NCBI RefSeq assembly: GCF_011745625.1
Contig: NW_027191468.1
Coordinates: forward strand, 186,001 to 250,000
Direction of reading: 5' to 3'
Length of the DNA stretch: 64,000 nt
Origin: Cladosporium halotolerans
Lineage: Eukaryota
Part shown: piece after piece, positions 1 through 10,937 of the stretch
Position numbering within the stretch: the stretch's first letter is position 1
Layout: every line of letters starts with the position of its first letter
Position numbers and translations under genes: made by a program
The notes under the pieces: generated by a model
What the model was told of the DNA's origin: nothing
The model's input: the letters and a program-made list of their open reading frames with translations, nothing else
The model's database searches: none

Positions 1-981
1 CCAAGGCATGCTTCGAGATCCAGAGCCAGCAGCAATCTCTGCGTGTTCTTGCTCCATGCCAACTTTCATGATGAAAAACTCCTCGCGGGCCTCAATGCTT
101 GAGGTGCCTCTGATGCGCTTCCAGACCTTGAAAGCGTCGAGGACGCGACCTTTGTGCAACAAGTAACGGGGCGACTCAGGCATGTAGAGCATGCCAATGC
201 CCATGATGGTCGAGAAAAGCAGGGAGCTGCCAAGGATGTAGCGCCAATTGCCCTCTACCCTGATGAAGATTGCAGCCACCACGTAGCCAAGGACTTCACC
301 GAGGGCAATGTTGACCTGGTAAAGCGACACCAAGTTACCACGGATCTTGCGCTCGACAGTCTCAGCAACGTAAACAGGGACAGTGCCACCCTCGAGACCA
401 ACACCAGCGCCAAGGATGAGACGGGCGACAACGATCATTGCAAAGTTGATCGAACCAGCGCAAAGGGCGCCTCCAATGGTGTAGAGGATGCAGGAAATCA
501 GGATAGCCCAGCGGCGACCAAAAAGTTCGTTGCAGGGAGAGATAAGCAGAGCACCACCGATAGCGCCGAGAGGCATGGCTGCGTTGACCAAGCTGTTTTG
601 ACGTTCATCCAGACCAAGATCGTCAGGAAGGAACAAGTTAGCGCCAGAGATGAGAGACTGGTCGAGACCGGAAAGGAGACCACCCATGGAGGCGAATGTG
701 ACGAGGAACCAGGTAAAGTATTTGGGATTGGCGAACTCGATGTCGAAAATGCCTTTCTTCGCGCCTTCTCTTTCGACTTCTTGCTCGAGCTCTTTGATCA
801 ACGCATCTGCTTCCCAACCACCATTTTTGGCAATGTCGATGGCGTCCGCGGTGTTGGTGACGTGAGCTGTGCTGCCTGAGCGCACTGCCATTTGAATATC
901 CTCGCCATTCTTGACAATGCTGGACCCGCTGTCCTCGATGTTCTCGGTGTGAGCATCGGCCTTGTGGTCGGTCTTCGACAT
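1..981 (-). CDS. MFS sugar porter (polyol/myo-inositol transporter-like), 3' end runs off the window
   Basis: Minus frame open from ATG 981 to the window edge: MSKTDHK...FASMGGLLSGLDQSLISGA...ELFGRRWAI...VPVYVAETVERKIRG...MPESPRYL, which carries the sugar-porter motifs. ORF 154..879+ is its antisense shadow. Confidence 0.93.
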   Translation of the reverse strand, partial: MSKTDHKADAHTENIEDSGSSIVKNGEDIQMAVRSGSTAHVTNTADAIDIAKNGGWEADALIKELEQEVEREGAKKGIFDIEFANPKYFTWFLVTFASMGGLLSGLDQSLISGANLFLPDDLGLDERQNSLVNAAMPLGAIGGALLISPCNELFGRRWAILISCILYTIGGALCAGSINFAMIVVARLILGAGVGLEGGTVPVYVAETVERKIRGNLVSLYQVNIALGEVLGYVVAAIFIRVEGNWRYILGSSLLFSTIMGIGMLYMPESPRYLLHKGRVLDAFKVWKRIRGTSSIEAREEFFIMKVGMEQEHAEIAAGSGSRSMPW

Positions 982-2957
982 GATGGAAGGTTAGGCGCTT
1001 TGGCCAAGATTTAGGAGGTAGGGTAAATGGGCAGATCGGATGAGAGAGCACAGGAAACCTGCCTGACGAGCGCCACCTGCAACTCTTTATACCTCGCATC
1101 CGCACACAGTGGGAACAGCGTGACACGCTTCCGGGACCTCCACCGGCACGCTCCACCCTCCGGGTGCTCCAGACGCTCCAGACGCTCCAGCGCGCTCCCC
1201 GCGGGCAGCATCGTGCGGGATCCCTCGTGTCGTTGCCAAACGTGCCGTCACCCTACCGTGACTGGCCGAACAATAGGCGTCGCGCCACCTGATAGTGGGC
1301 TCCACACCAAGCTTTCGGACCGATTAGAGTGTGGAGCTTGTTTTTGTTAATCTTGCTTAGCGCGTTCTTCGCTCTTCTTAGTGTCTTCCTTGATGTGCCG
1401 CCACGAGCTTGCGGGCTTTCTGGGAGCTTCCTTGATACTGAAGCACTCGTCATCGTGGCCAGCCACAAGCCAGACGCGTCCAGATGACACTCGGCGAGAT
1501 GAATCTAGCTTATGCCCGGCTCATGCGGCAACGTCCATGGACGTCGAAAGAGGCTGATGACATGCCGACGTTTCAACGTGCCGCAAGCGAAGCCGGTGCC
1601 GGGGATCGTTCAGCCCTGCCCACTTCCATTGGGCGACGCGTCTGACGGCCGCGAGAACATCGGCTTCCGGCTTCCATCGCGCGTTCACCAAAGCATCGGA
1701 CATCCAAGCTTTCGCCGCTCCGCTGCCGGACGTCGAGCTACCAACCTCAGTAGCCACTTGCAGAGCCGCCTCCGACGACAGTAATGGTCCATGCACACAC
1801 CTCCATGTGCTCCATTTCCGTTGGGGATGGAGATTCATGGAGAACTCCACAGAATCTGGGCACGGCTGGCTTGTCACGCTTGTGTCTTTAACAAGGGAGG
1901 CTTGGCTGCAGGCTTGTGTCGGGTGTCCACTACGCCACTGAGGCATCGGTCGTCTTGGTGCGTACAAGCAAGACACGGGCAGAGACGGCGCATGGCCGCA
2001 CGGATCTGGCACTTGCGACCCGGGCAAGAAACAGGAAAAGTTTTGTGACCGCTATCCGATCTAACCCGGCTAGCGATACTAAATACAGCTTTTCATTGTC
2101 TAGTCCCTCGGAGCAGGCCATTGTTGCATGCTTTGGTCCTGAACTGCAAGTTCTTGCAAACCGCCTCAGCTAGCGGGTAGAGTGGGATGAACCCATGCCC
2201 TCTGCAGCTTCGTCATCAAATCGCGCGATCATCAGAAGAAGACCACCAACCCCCTGGTCGACTGTAAGAGATTCGGCAGAGCCCGATGTGGACGATCCAG
2301 ACGCAGGTGGAGTTCATGCCTGAGTGACGAATATGTGATGGAACCCGTGAACAACGGGCCATCGTGATCGATCCACCGCTTAACCAAACCCATGTGTCCC
2401 GTAGCCCGTGACTCTCCGAGGAATTGTCATTCTCATTGACATGAAGGTGGAGGTAGCTCGTCATATTGCCTGACATATCTCGAGATGCCTGTAAAAGGCT
2501 ATACAGACGTCCGTCGCGTCCTGCTACATTCTGTCGGCGCGAGCGATTAAACATCGGCCTTGCCGTCATATGAAATGCGCCACAGACTCCCGAATGCGTG
2601 GCGATTTAGTAATCTCAAATCCTGCTTTGCACCAACAGACCGAGAATGATGCCTTGTGGCAGTGCTGCTGGATACAACTGAGATCCAGCAGAGTTGCCCA
2701 CTGGCGTTTGCTCCTTCCACCGCTCAGATTTTGAATCGCATGCCCTTGCGATCCATCGCGGGGTCGTCCCCATCTACCCTCGCAGCGATGTCTCTATAAG
2801 CTACATCGGATCTGCTTCAGCCAGTTCAGCCTCCGGCACTAGTGGACGCATTAGACGACCGGCGCGCGCGCCATGATATCGCAATCATCCCGGATTGTCG
2901 TGAGCGGCGCTGAGCAAACTTTTCTCGCCCAAAATTGAGGTCCTGACTGCTGTAGCC

Positions 2958-3288
2958 CTACCGACCTCGAGGTGGCGTGTTTCTAGACTCCGATTTTGAT
3001 GCCACTTGATCGATCTTGGCTTGGAGCTCGTCTCTCCTGCGAGCAAGCTGATCGCGACGTGTCTCCATCTGCTGGAGCTTTTCGCTCACGGACGCTTCCC
3101 TAATGACCTCCTTCTCCTGCAAAAGAGTCAGTGGAATCCTTTACAGCAGGTTCTCATTTTGGCCTCACGTGATTTCTCTCCTGTTGGGTCTTCAATCCAG
3201 CTCCATACCACGTTCCTGTAGCAGTAATAGCGGCCACTGCACCTGTCAAAACAAATCTGCGCGTTTTCGTTGCGCCTGCAGCCGACAT
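2958..3288 (-). CDS. Small 92-aa protein with one hydrophobic segment and a coiled coil; not in the ORF track
   Basis: Exons 3288-3169 and 3116-2958, intron GTGAGG...CTGAC...CAG. Translation MSAAGATKTRRFVLTGAVAAITATGTWYGAGLKTQQERNH|EKEVIREASVSEKLQQMETRRDQLARRRDELQAKIDQVASK...RGR*; frame is kept across the splice. Confidence 0.8.
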
Positions 3289-3577
3289 TGTGGTCTATTA
3301 AAATTAGTGATAGGTAGGTAGCAATTAAAACAACGTTATGAAGAAACGCATCTAGACGCAAGCCTTCTCTTGAGCGCGCAAGCGGGAAACCTTCCTAACT
3401 GGGAAGCGGGCTTCCCCTCACAATAAACATTGCGCTTGCTACAACGCGCCTGCACCAAGGTATCTCGGATACTTTCACGGACCACAGCACGCTGCTGTAA
3501 GAATCTTGAATCTCTGCAGCTCCAGCCCCTTACATTTGAACAAGGCTTCATAAATCAAAGAGGTGCGCTTAGTCTCT

Positions 3578-3965
3578 ATGATGGCCCTCCACCCTCGTAC
3601 ACCAAGTGCAACGCACGCGCACACGCACAGCAGCTCGAGGCTATCTACCGTCCCAACTTCGGCTTCAAAGACCCGACAACTGTCGCACTTGCATGCTCAG
3701 CTTGCGCAACTGACAGCAAACATGAGTGATATGGAGAACCTTCTACGCATGACTGCAGTGCAAGCTGAGGGCATGAGGGGTCTTGGGGGATATGCTGGTG
3801 GCATGTGAGTTACGCCTGAATTGCACAAGGGTACTGTGCGGAGTCTCTCAAGAGTTTGGGCTGACCAATGTCTGTCATAGGTTCATGGCTGCATCCAAGG
3901 TCCTCGGCGAGGAGACAGTCAATGGCGCCAATGCTGCCGACGGCTCGCAATCGAAAAGAGGCTGA
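3578..3965 (+). CDS. HSK3: DASH/Dam1 kinetochore complex subunit Hsk3
   Basis: Exons 3578-3804 and 3881-3965. KTRQLSHLHAQLAQLTANMSDMENLLRMTAVQAEGMRGLGGYAGGMFMAASKVLGEE matches the fungal Hsk3 pattern as I recall it. Confidence 0.85.
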
Positions 3966-4715
3966 GTGAAATGTAACCACTCCGAAGATGACACGAAATC
4001 CCGAGCAGCCTTTTCAGACGCATCATACTCCTCCAACAGGTGTCACGTCTGTGTCAACCCGAACACATCTAAGGAAACCCAGCTATTAATTGCTGCACCG
4101 CCTCTCATTCGAAGGTCTGTTACGCATGACAGATACTGTGTGTTTTCCAGTGAATCTGGAAAGCCAGGGTCTCCGAGTGGAAGTCCGATCTTGAAAGTCC
4201 AGAAAGGAAGATAGCACGTTACGCGTTCACTCACTTTGCGAGAGCTCGGAGCCTCGTAAACAAAAGGTCTAGGCCAGTGGGCTGCGAGAGGAACAATGCA
4301 ACAAGATTAGCTCGAGCTATGAAACATGGGGATACTATGGCGACGCTGAGCTGGATACTGGCAAGGTCGTATCGGCGAAGTGCTTGACCGAACGAGACAG
4401 ATCGAGGAAGAGAATGGGGACTGGGGGTAATTCGTTACATGAGACCTTCCGCCGCTGAAAGGGAACATGCCGCGGTTGAAATCAATGCCCTGAGGCCATG
4501 AAGTTTGGCTATCATATACCTGATTCAAGCCAGGGTCAGAATTACACAGCATAGAATCTGAACTGTCTGATTTCCTGGCCTACCCTGTCACATTAGAATG
4601 TGTCAGGTCCAGAGTTCGCGATCCTGCCGGAAACAAGTCTCCTCTCATTCAGATGTTGGCTTGGGTCACATATCTAGCTCTATATGCCGACTGATCTTTG
4701 TTGAGCCAATAAAAA

Positions 4716-4811
4716 GCATTGGTGGTTTAGTGGTAAAATTGGCCGTTGCCATCTGAGGTCCATCAGACCTTCTATGTCGGCCAGCCCCGGGTTCGATTCC
4801 CGGCCGATGCA
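4716..4811 (+). tRNA. tRNA-Gly(GCC) with a 25-nt intron (4752-4776)
   Basis: Acceptor stem GCATTGG/CCGATGC plus A, anticodon stem GGCCG/CGGCC, loop TT-GCC-A^T, T arm CCGGG-TTCGATT-CCCGG. Mature length 71 nt; TTTT Pol III terminator at 4812-4815. Confidence 0.96.
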
Positions 4812-5143
4812 TTTTGCTCTGCTTTTTGCTATTCTTGCTGTGCGACACGATACCGGAATATGGTTTTTTTGATCCTCGGGCCACTGACGATGCAGAGAGC
4901 TTGACTCCATGTGGCGGAGTGACAACGTTGGTCGACAGAGGACTGAACTTGATCCTCTCCTAGGGCAAACGCAAGAGTCCATCAAGATTTCCCACCCACA
5001 ATGGAAATCATTCTCTCTTTCAACTCGTCGTTTCACACGAGTCCACCCATAAGTATAAGGTATTTCATTCTAGAGGCATATCGTAACGCGGCCAAAACTG
5101 ATACGAAGGATTGGAATCAGCATAGCCAGCATAAAAACCCCTC

Positions 5144-5660
5144 TCAAGCCGCATGCTTCTGCTCAATGCCAGAGATTGCGGGAGTGCTAGCTGGCCTGTC
5201 CTTGCAATATATCTCCTGTACGGGGATCGCTTGATTCAAGGCCTCCTCATCGTCGATCGTACCGGTCTTAACAATTTTCACGCCGGCGAGCGATTCCACC
5301 TTCGCCCACATAATGGTACCGCACTTCGCGCAATTGTGGTTCGTAACATCCTTGCCGCTGTCACCTTTGCGAACAAACGTCCGGTCAGTACCCGACAGCT
5401 GCTTGTACTGGAGAGTTCTTAGCCGCAGACGAGTGTTGAGATCCCATTAACTTAGGTAGCTTACCTGATTTTCCGAGACCACTGCATTGGTGCTACCGTT
5501 AATGCCAGCGAGTTTCCTACAAGGAACACAATGGCAGAAGAACTGAGGAACGTGTCAGTATGAGACGGGCGTGTTGCAATTATAGACCTACTGTGGCTAC
5601 AACAGCATCGCCTTCGTACTGGTAGGTCCACTCCCCGCAGACGCAGCTTCCTTTGACCAT
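5144..5660 (-). CDS. GFA/CENP-V (Mss4-like) zinc-binding protein, 136 aa; not in the ORF track
   Basis: Exons 5660-5592, 5542-5465 and 5407-5144. Motifs GSCVCG, CHCVPCRK, GDSGK...HNCAKCGT and QEIYCKDR are the GFA cysteine pattern. Confidence 0.9.
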
Positions 5661-6187
5661 TTCTGTAATTCGGTTCGATCGTGGATTTCGACTTCAGAAT
5701 CTGTACTTTCCGGTAACCATCCAAGCAAATACACGCAGCTGGACCGAGTAATCGGGATCGTTACTATGGCAGCTTATTATTCAAGCTGCCCAGAGCGGGG
5801 TGCTACATGCCACAGCGCCCTTAGCCATCTCCAAAGCGCCATTGTGAGAACGTGGCTTGTGGTGGAACCACCGATTTGTGAAGGACAGCTGAGTTTCTAT
5901 CACACCACGGAATTATTAGATTTGCGCTATGGCAGTGCTTATCTAGCGATTACATACTTACGATTTATTCGTCGCGTACGCTGAAATAGCAAAGTCGCTG
6001 GTCCCTCCAATCGCACAAGAGAAGAGAACAAAACCACGCATAACGTACACTTCATTAGTCGTGAAAGGTCTCCACGCTCTGTTGTTCCCTCCACCAATTT
6101 CAGGCGCCTCGCTTACAAGAATGCTGCTCATCCATGAGTGTCATTTTATCCGAGATCGAAGAAGTGAGCAGAGCCTCGGCCGGCCGC

Positions 6188-7105
6188 TCATACGCTCCTG
6201 TAGCTGTCGGGACTGTATTCGACGTATCTCTTCGGCTTAGTCCTTCGGGGCCGTTCATCATGCCGCCGGCGAGGAGGCAATGACTCGTCGTCTCTTGAAA
6301 GTTCCGAGAATGGTGAAGAATCGCGCCGACTCGCATAGCTTCTGTCTCGGTCCTCATATCGCCGTCTATAATATCTGTCATCGTCCTCTCTCCGCCGTTG
6401 GGTTCTCCCGTCCTGCTTGCGACGGTTCCTCTCATCAAAACGTTCACCAGCAGTTGCGCCGATTCCACCTGCGATCGCGCCTCCAATAATCCCCAGCGCA
6501 CCTTTGTTGACCAGCTTGCGGCCTAGGAACGCCCCCGCGGCAGTTCCTAGCAGTGCTGGACCCAAGTCTTTCGCACCTTTCTCGAGCTTCTCGTCAAAAT
6601 CCATCTCGGAACGAGTGCTGTCCCGGCGTTCATGGTGCCTAGACTTCGCGCGACGCGCCCGACGAAAATCCGCGTATTCCAGGTCATCCTCGTATGATCT
6701 ACGTCGCCTCTGACGGGGAGAGCGTTCATCTTTCCGCCTGCTTTGCTGTGGCAGTGGCGTGTTCGTAGGAACATGCGCGGGCTCTTGGCCGTATGCGCGG
6801 TTCCATTCGGCCCATGCTTTCTCGTCGTCGTAAGGCGCAAGCTGGTTCTGAGCTTCGAAGTTCCCGGGACGCACCTCGCTTTCTCGTCTAGCGTCTGCGC
6901 CTGCGCCTGCGCGAGGTTCATTCGCGCTCTGTTGGCTCGCCCATGGTAGATCCGAGTAAGGCACGTATTCTGTGCCTCTCGGTGATACAGATCTTTCTTG
7001 CGAGCGACGACGCCCGCGCTGCGGCTGATGACGAGGTGTTGCTTGCGCGTTGTAGTATCCTTGTCCTGGCGGAGGTAGCCCTTGCGGGCCGTAGTCCATA
7101 GACAT
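6188..7105 (-). CDS. Hypothetical 305-aa protein with a glycine-zipper segment and R/D/S-rich flanks
   Basis: Intact ORF containing LLGTAAGAFLGRKLVNKGALGIIGGAIAGGIGATAG (GxxxG repeats). Confidence 0.75.
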   Translation of the reverse strand: MSMDYGPQGLPPPGQGYYNAQATPRHQPQRGRRRSQERSVSPRGTEYVPYSDLPWASQQSANEPRAGAGADARRESEVRPGNFEAQNQLAPYDDEKAWAEWNRAYGQEPAHVPTNTPLPQQSRRKDERSPRQRRRRSYEDDLEYADFRRARRAKSRHHERRDSTRSEMDFDEKLEKGAKDLGPALLGTAAGAFLGRKLVNKGALGIIGGAIAGGIGATAGERFDERNRRKQDGRTQRRREDDDRYYRRRYEDRDRSYASRRDSSPFSELSRDDESLPPRRRHDERPRRTKPKRYVEYSPDSYRSV

Positions 7106-7611
7106 TTCTCGGGATTAAGTAATTAGGTAGTTCGAATAAAGAAAACCTGAGATTGCAAGGTATGTAAGGAGTGCGCGCAAGGAAATACTTGTATGCCAAC
7201 TTTGCGGCGTCATACTTGTCAGTGGCGCTGATCGGCAGCATGGGTCGCATGGGGGTGTGTCGCGCGCCTAGACAATTGGACAGCAACGCGCGAGAAGGCT
7301 GAAACACATAGGGAGTCATATGCATCTATCAGAGTCCAGAGGCTGCCTCTGTCGCATATGGAGCGGCCGGAAGGAGGCAGTGCAAAAGACTAGCGCACCG
7401 TTCTCCCGTCCAGGCACCACGACGGAGAGTAGACCGTGGAACACAACCTCGTGAATCGCGGTCAAATAAGGCGCGATCCGATGATCAGACATATATGCGA
7501 GCATGATGAAGCGATCCGAGTATTCCATACAGTAAACATTATCGTTTGGGTATCTTGAGCAAACTCTGGTCATTCACAGCCGCGCGTCTCGTGACGCCGC
7601 TCGCTTGTCTT

Positions 7612-7856
7612 TCAAGCGGGCGTGGTGTGCTTGCCAATGATCCACCTGCAGCGATCGTCAGAACTGCATTCAACGGCATGGAAAATCCAGACTCTGTCTC
7701 ATACCACGCGTGGATAACACCGGGAATCCATCCCAGGATGGAAAGACCAATGTTGATGATAAGGTCTGAATTGCAGCCGGTTTTCAAGAACACTGAAAGC
7801 GGCGGCAAGAAGAGCGCCAGGAAGTAAAGGCAGATGTCGGAGGTGGAGGACGGCAT
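7612..7856 (-). CDS. PMP3: Pmp3-family plasma membrane proteolipid, 61 aa
   Basis: Exons 7856-7705 and 7645-7612. LALFLPPLSVFLKTGCNSDLIINIGLSILGWIPGVIHAWWII is the Pmp3 signature. Confidence 0.9.
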
Positions 7857-8783
7857 GATGTCTGTGGCTGAGGGAGAGGCGTAAGGCTGAGCGTGAGGGT
7901 CTGCGTCGGTCGAAATGTGTGGAGGAGTGGATGTGATGATGATCAGAAGAAGTGGAAAGTGTCAGCCCTACGAGATTATTTGTATGGTTCCTTTGAAACA
8001 CGTCCAAGAGCTAACCCTGTCCCGGGTTTTCCAAAGATAGAGCACCCGAGCGTCATCACCGAAGCGATGTTCTCCGCTCGCATCGTCGGTACCTGAAAAG
8101 ACGCTTATCTGACGCCTTTCAAGCATGTCCAAACACGTGAGTTCATGTTGTGTGCTACCATCGCCCTCATTAGACTAACGTTAATATCACCTCCGGGCAT
8201 AATCATCAGCAGCATGGCCACAGGCTTTCGCACAATCGGTAGGCAATCAATCCAACTAACTATTCCTTCCTAGCCGGGCCGTTATTACGTGTTCCTCAGC
8301 TGCCAAAGTCCAGGCACCGAGCGCACCGCGCGGATACTGCGGCCTGCTCTCGAGAAAAGTGATCTGTGCTGCGGGGTACTTTCTGCGCCCAAGGCGGTAA
8401 AGGTCTTTTGAGAGGCGATAATTAGGCAAGAGTGGCAACGTCAAGCTTGATGTCCAAACTCTACTATTCAAAAGCTATCAGGAACCTAATCGGTAGATCT
8501 CACCGGCAGCCTCCGAAGGCCTTCAAAGGAGTCTAGAGTCCTCTGCTTCATCAAGTAGTGAAATATAGTAGGGTGCTATCCCCACTTTACACACGCAAAA
8601 ATCGGTCTTCCAACCAACGAGGCTGTGTCCTGGAAACGGTTGGGATATCTAATACACAGTATAGTACAATGAATATACAATCAAATGACGTTACTCTCGG
8701 ACAGCACACAGGGCACCACAGCCTCCCTAAGTCGATGCCATTTTGAGTGGCGGGCAGCTTAGGGTGATTGTTGCAAGGCGAGC

Positions 8784-10307
8784 TTAGGCCTCTGGCTCAG
8801 ACTCGAGCTCACTCAATTCGCTTTCAGCAGCATCATGCTGTTCCTCGCCACCACTCACGTCCGCTACGTCCAAGTCGTCGTCGGATTGACTATCGGCGCC
8901 TGCAGCCTCTCTCGCCTTCTTCTTATCCTTGGTGCTTCCGCCACCCTTCTTTGCGCCGTGGCGCTGGACAATATGCTCGATGGGACAGCCCTTGTCCCAG
9001 TCTGCGCTAGTTTGGCCAGTGATGGCCCTGCACCTTGGACAAGTCTTGCCGTGCTTGATGAGCAATTGATGGAGCGGGTACTTGAAGTCATCCGGAATGC
9101 GGACATCACAGTGACTGTAGGCTGTGTTGCGATCCACTTTCGGCTCGCCCTTCTTGGGCTTCTTCGGCAACCAGCCGAGATACTGGCAGAGACGGAAGAC
9201 GTGGGTATCGACAGCGAAGCTTGGGCGTTGGAGGCAGAAGAGTGCGACGCACGATGCAGTCTTCGGGCCGATTCCTGGATATGTGAGCATCTTCTCAATG
9301 GCATCGTTCGTGCTCAAAAGGTGAAGATGGTCAAGCGAGATGATGTTCTGCGAAGCCTTCTCAATCTCGGCATTCTTTTCGGCTGTGGCTTCATTATCCG
9401 CGCCGGCCGGATTGGTAGACAATGAGAGCAGTTCGGATTTGCGAGCCTGGTTTTCTTCGTAGGCCATTTGCAAGATCTCTTGAATCGATTTGGATTTCAC
9501 GTTGGCCAGTCCACCACGTTCAATAGCTTTGAAGACCTCCTTCTGTGGAGCACGGCGAACTGCGTCCCAGTCGACACTTCCTTTTCCAATGCCATCTTTG
9601 ATCACCCCAAATCGCTTCACTAACCCCTGGAAGGCCGTCGAAGAGTTTTTGTTCGTGGTGTTGGCACTGAGTCGGGTGCGGATCAAAGCATCGAGGACAG
9701 AAGGCACTTCTCCACAACCGGCGACGTCAAGTGAAGGTGGCGGAACAGCTTTAGGCACAACGACCTTTCCGTGGACTTTCTCCAACAAGCGCACAACCTC
9801 GGCGCATTCCTCTGGCGTTGGCCGCATATAGTCGGGATATGGTGAAATACCAGGCGTCAGTCCATAGCCAGTCTTCTTCGCTTTCGGCGTTTTCTTTGGC
9901 TCTTCATCCTCGTCCTCAAGTTTGACATCTTGGTCGGTAGCGGGCTCGCTTTTGGCAGATTTTCTGCTGCGCTTTTTTGGTGGTTCCTCTTGATAAGCCT
10001 CGCCGTCATCGCCACCGGGCGTGGGAAGAGCGGTGCCGAGGTTATGAGGCAACGAGTTGATGTCGCCATCATCATCTTCTTGCTTCACTTGATGATGATT
10101 AGAACGCTTGCGACCCTTGTTAGCTGGCGTTGTAGGCGCTTTACTTTTGATAGCCGATGATGCCTTGGACTTCGAGGATGCCTTCGACGCCGCCGGTCCG
10201 GGCGTTGCTGGTGGACTTGACAGCTGCGTGGCGTCTGTTGGATTTGCACGCTGATTGCGCAAAGGCGAAGCTGGTTTCGCGGCAGATGATCTGGTTGTTC
10301 GAGCCAT
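8784..10307 (-). CDS. HhH-GPD base-excision DNA glycosylase (EndoIII/DEMETER-related)
   Basis: HhH motif MLTYPGIGPKTA, catalytic AVDTHVFR, Cys-rich HGKTCPRC...GCP and a basic disordered N-terminus. First ATG is at 10307 (MARTTRSS). Confidence 0.9.
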   Translation of the reverse strand: MARTTRSSAAKPASPLRNQRANPTDATQLSSPPATPGPAASKASSKSKASSAIKSKAPTTPANKGRKRSNHHQVKQEDDDGDINSLPHNLGTALPTPGGDDGEAYQEEPPKKRSRKSAKSEPATDQDVKLEDEDEEPKKTPKAKKTGYGLTPGISPYPDYMRPTPEECAEVVRLLEKVHGKVVVPKAVPPPSLDVAGCGEVPSVLDALIRTRLSANTTNKNSSTAFQGLVKRFGVIKDGIGKGSVDWDAVRRAPQKEVFKAIERGGLANVKSKSIQEILQMAYEENQARKSELLSLSTNPAGADNEATAEKNAEIEKASQNIISLDHLHLLSTNDAIEKMLTYPGIGPKTASCVALFCLQRPSFAVDTHVFRLCQYLGWLPKKPKKGEPKVDRNTAYSHCDVRIPDDFKYPLHQLLIKHGKTCPRCRAITGQTSADWDKGCPIEHIVQRHGAKKGGGSTKDKKKAREAAGADSQSDDDLDVADVSGGEEQHDAAESELSELESEPEA

Positions 10308-10653
10308 TGTCGATTGTGCAGAGTGATCTCGATTGACGACAGGAAGAGAGAACCGTGATCTCGCCCTGAGACCTCGCAGAGGCAATAGTGACCGAATCGC
10401 CAGCGGGAGCTGAGAGCAAACGAGATAAGACACCTTAGCTGACTGAGCCTCGAGGTACCGCAAGATTGTCGACGGAACTCACTTGTGAAGGCTGGTACTC
10501 AGTAACAGTGAGGCTGGTGGTGAAGGTACGCAACGAATAGGAACGCAGCTATCGAAGTCATGACGTCGCTGCTTCGATTTGTTACACGGGAACTCCCGCG
10601 GCTGCAAGGTACCCGTGATACCATCCACCACTAGTGTGGCATCACAGTTTCCG

Positions 10654-10937
10654 ACTCTCTGTGGTAACACTGAATCTGCAAGCTCTACAGCAGATGGCAA
10701 CACCTCGAACTCGTGTCTCGGCTGCGGCACTCTCCGGTTGACATTGAGCTTGCAAATTCTATTGTAGATGGCAGCACCTCGAACTGGCATCTTGGCTGCG
10801 GCACTCTCTGGTCAACACTAAGCTCGCACATTCTGTAGGAGATGGTAGCCCCTCGAAGTCGTATCTTGGCTATAGTACTCTCTAGTTAAAATTGAGCTCG
10901 CAAATTCTACAGGAGATGGTAGCACCTCAAACTCGTG
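10654..10937. repeat. Degenerate tandem repeat, 74-bp period, about 3.8 copies
   Basis: Units starting GATGG(C/T)A(A/G)C(A/C)CCTC begin at 10693, 10767, 10841 and 10915, exactly 74 bp apart, with a partial copy from 10654. Confidence 0.9.

Noticed and set aside
154..879. 241-aa plus-strand ORF, and similar long ORFs at 11948, 30160, 33630, 38682, 39934, 40010, 48677 and 59358
   Set aside because: These are antisense or alternative-frame shadows of well-supported genes, expected with GC-rich codon usage; none shows motifs of its own.
1000..2900. Overlapping short ORFs and a CTCCAGACG mini-repeat upstream of the sugar transporter
   Set aside because: No coherent coding signal; most likely a long promoter region.
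10693..10937. 74-bp array as a CRISPR array or coding repeat
   Set aside because: No unique spacers, the units are degenerate along their whole length, the context is eukaryotic, and the period is not a multiple of three.
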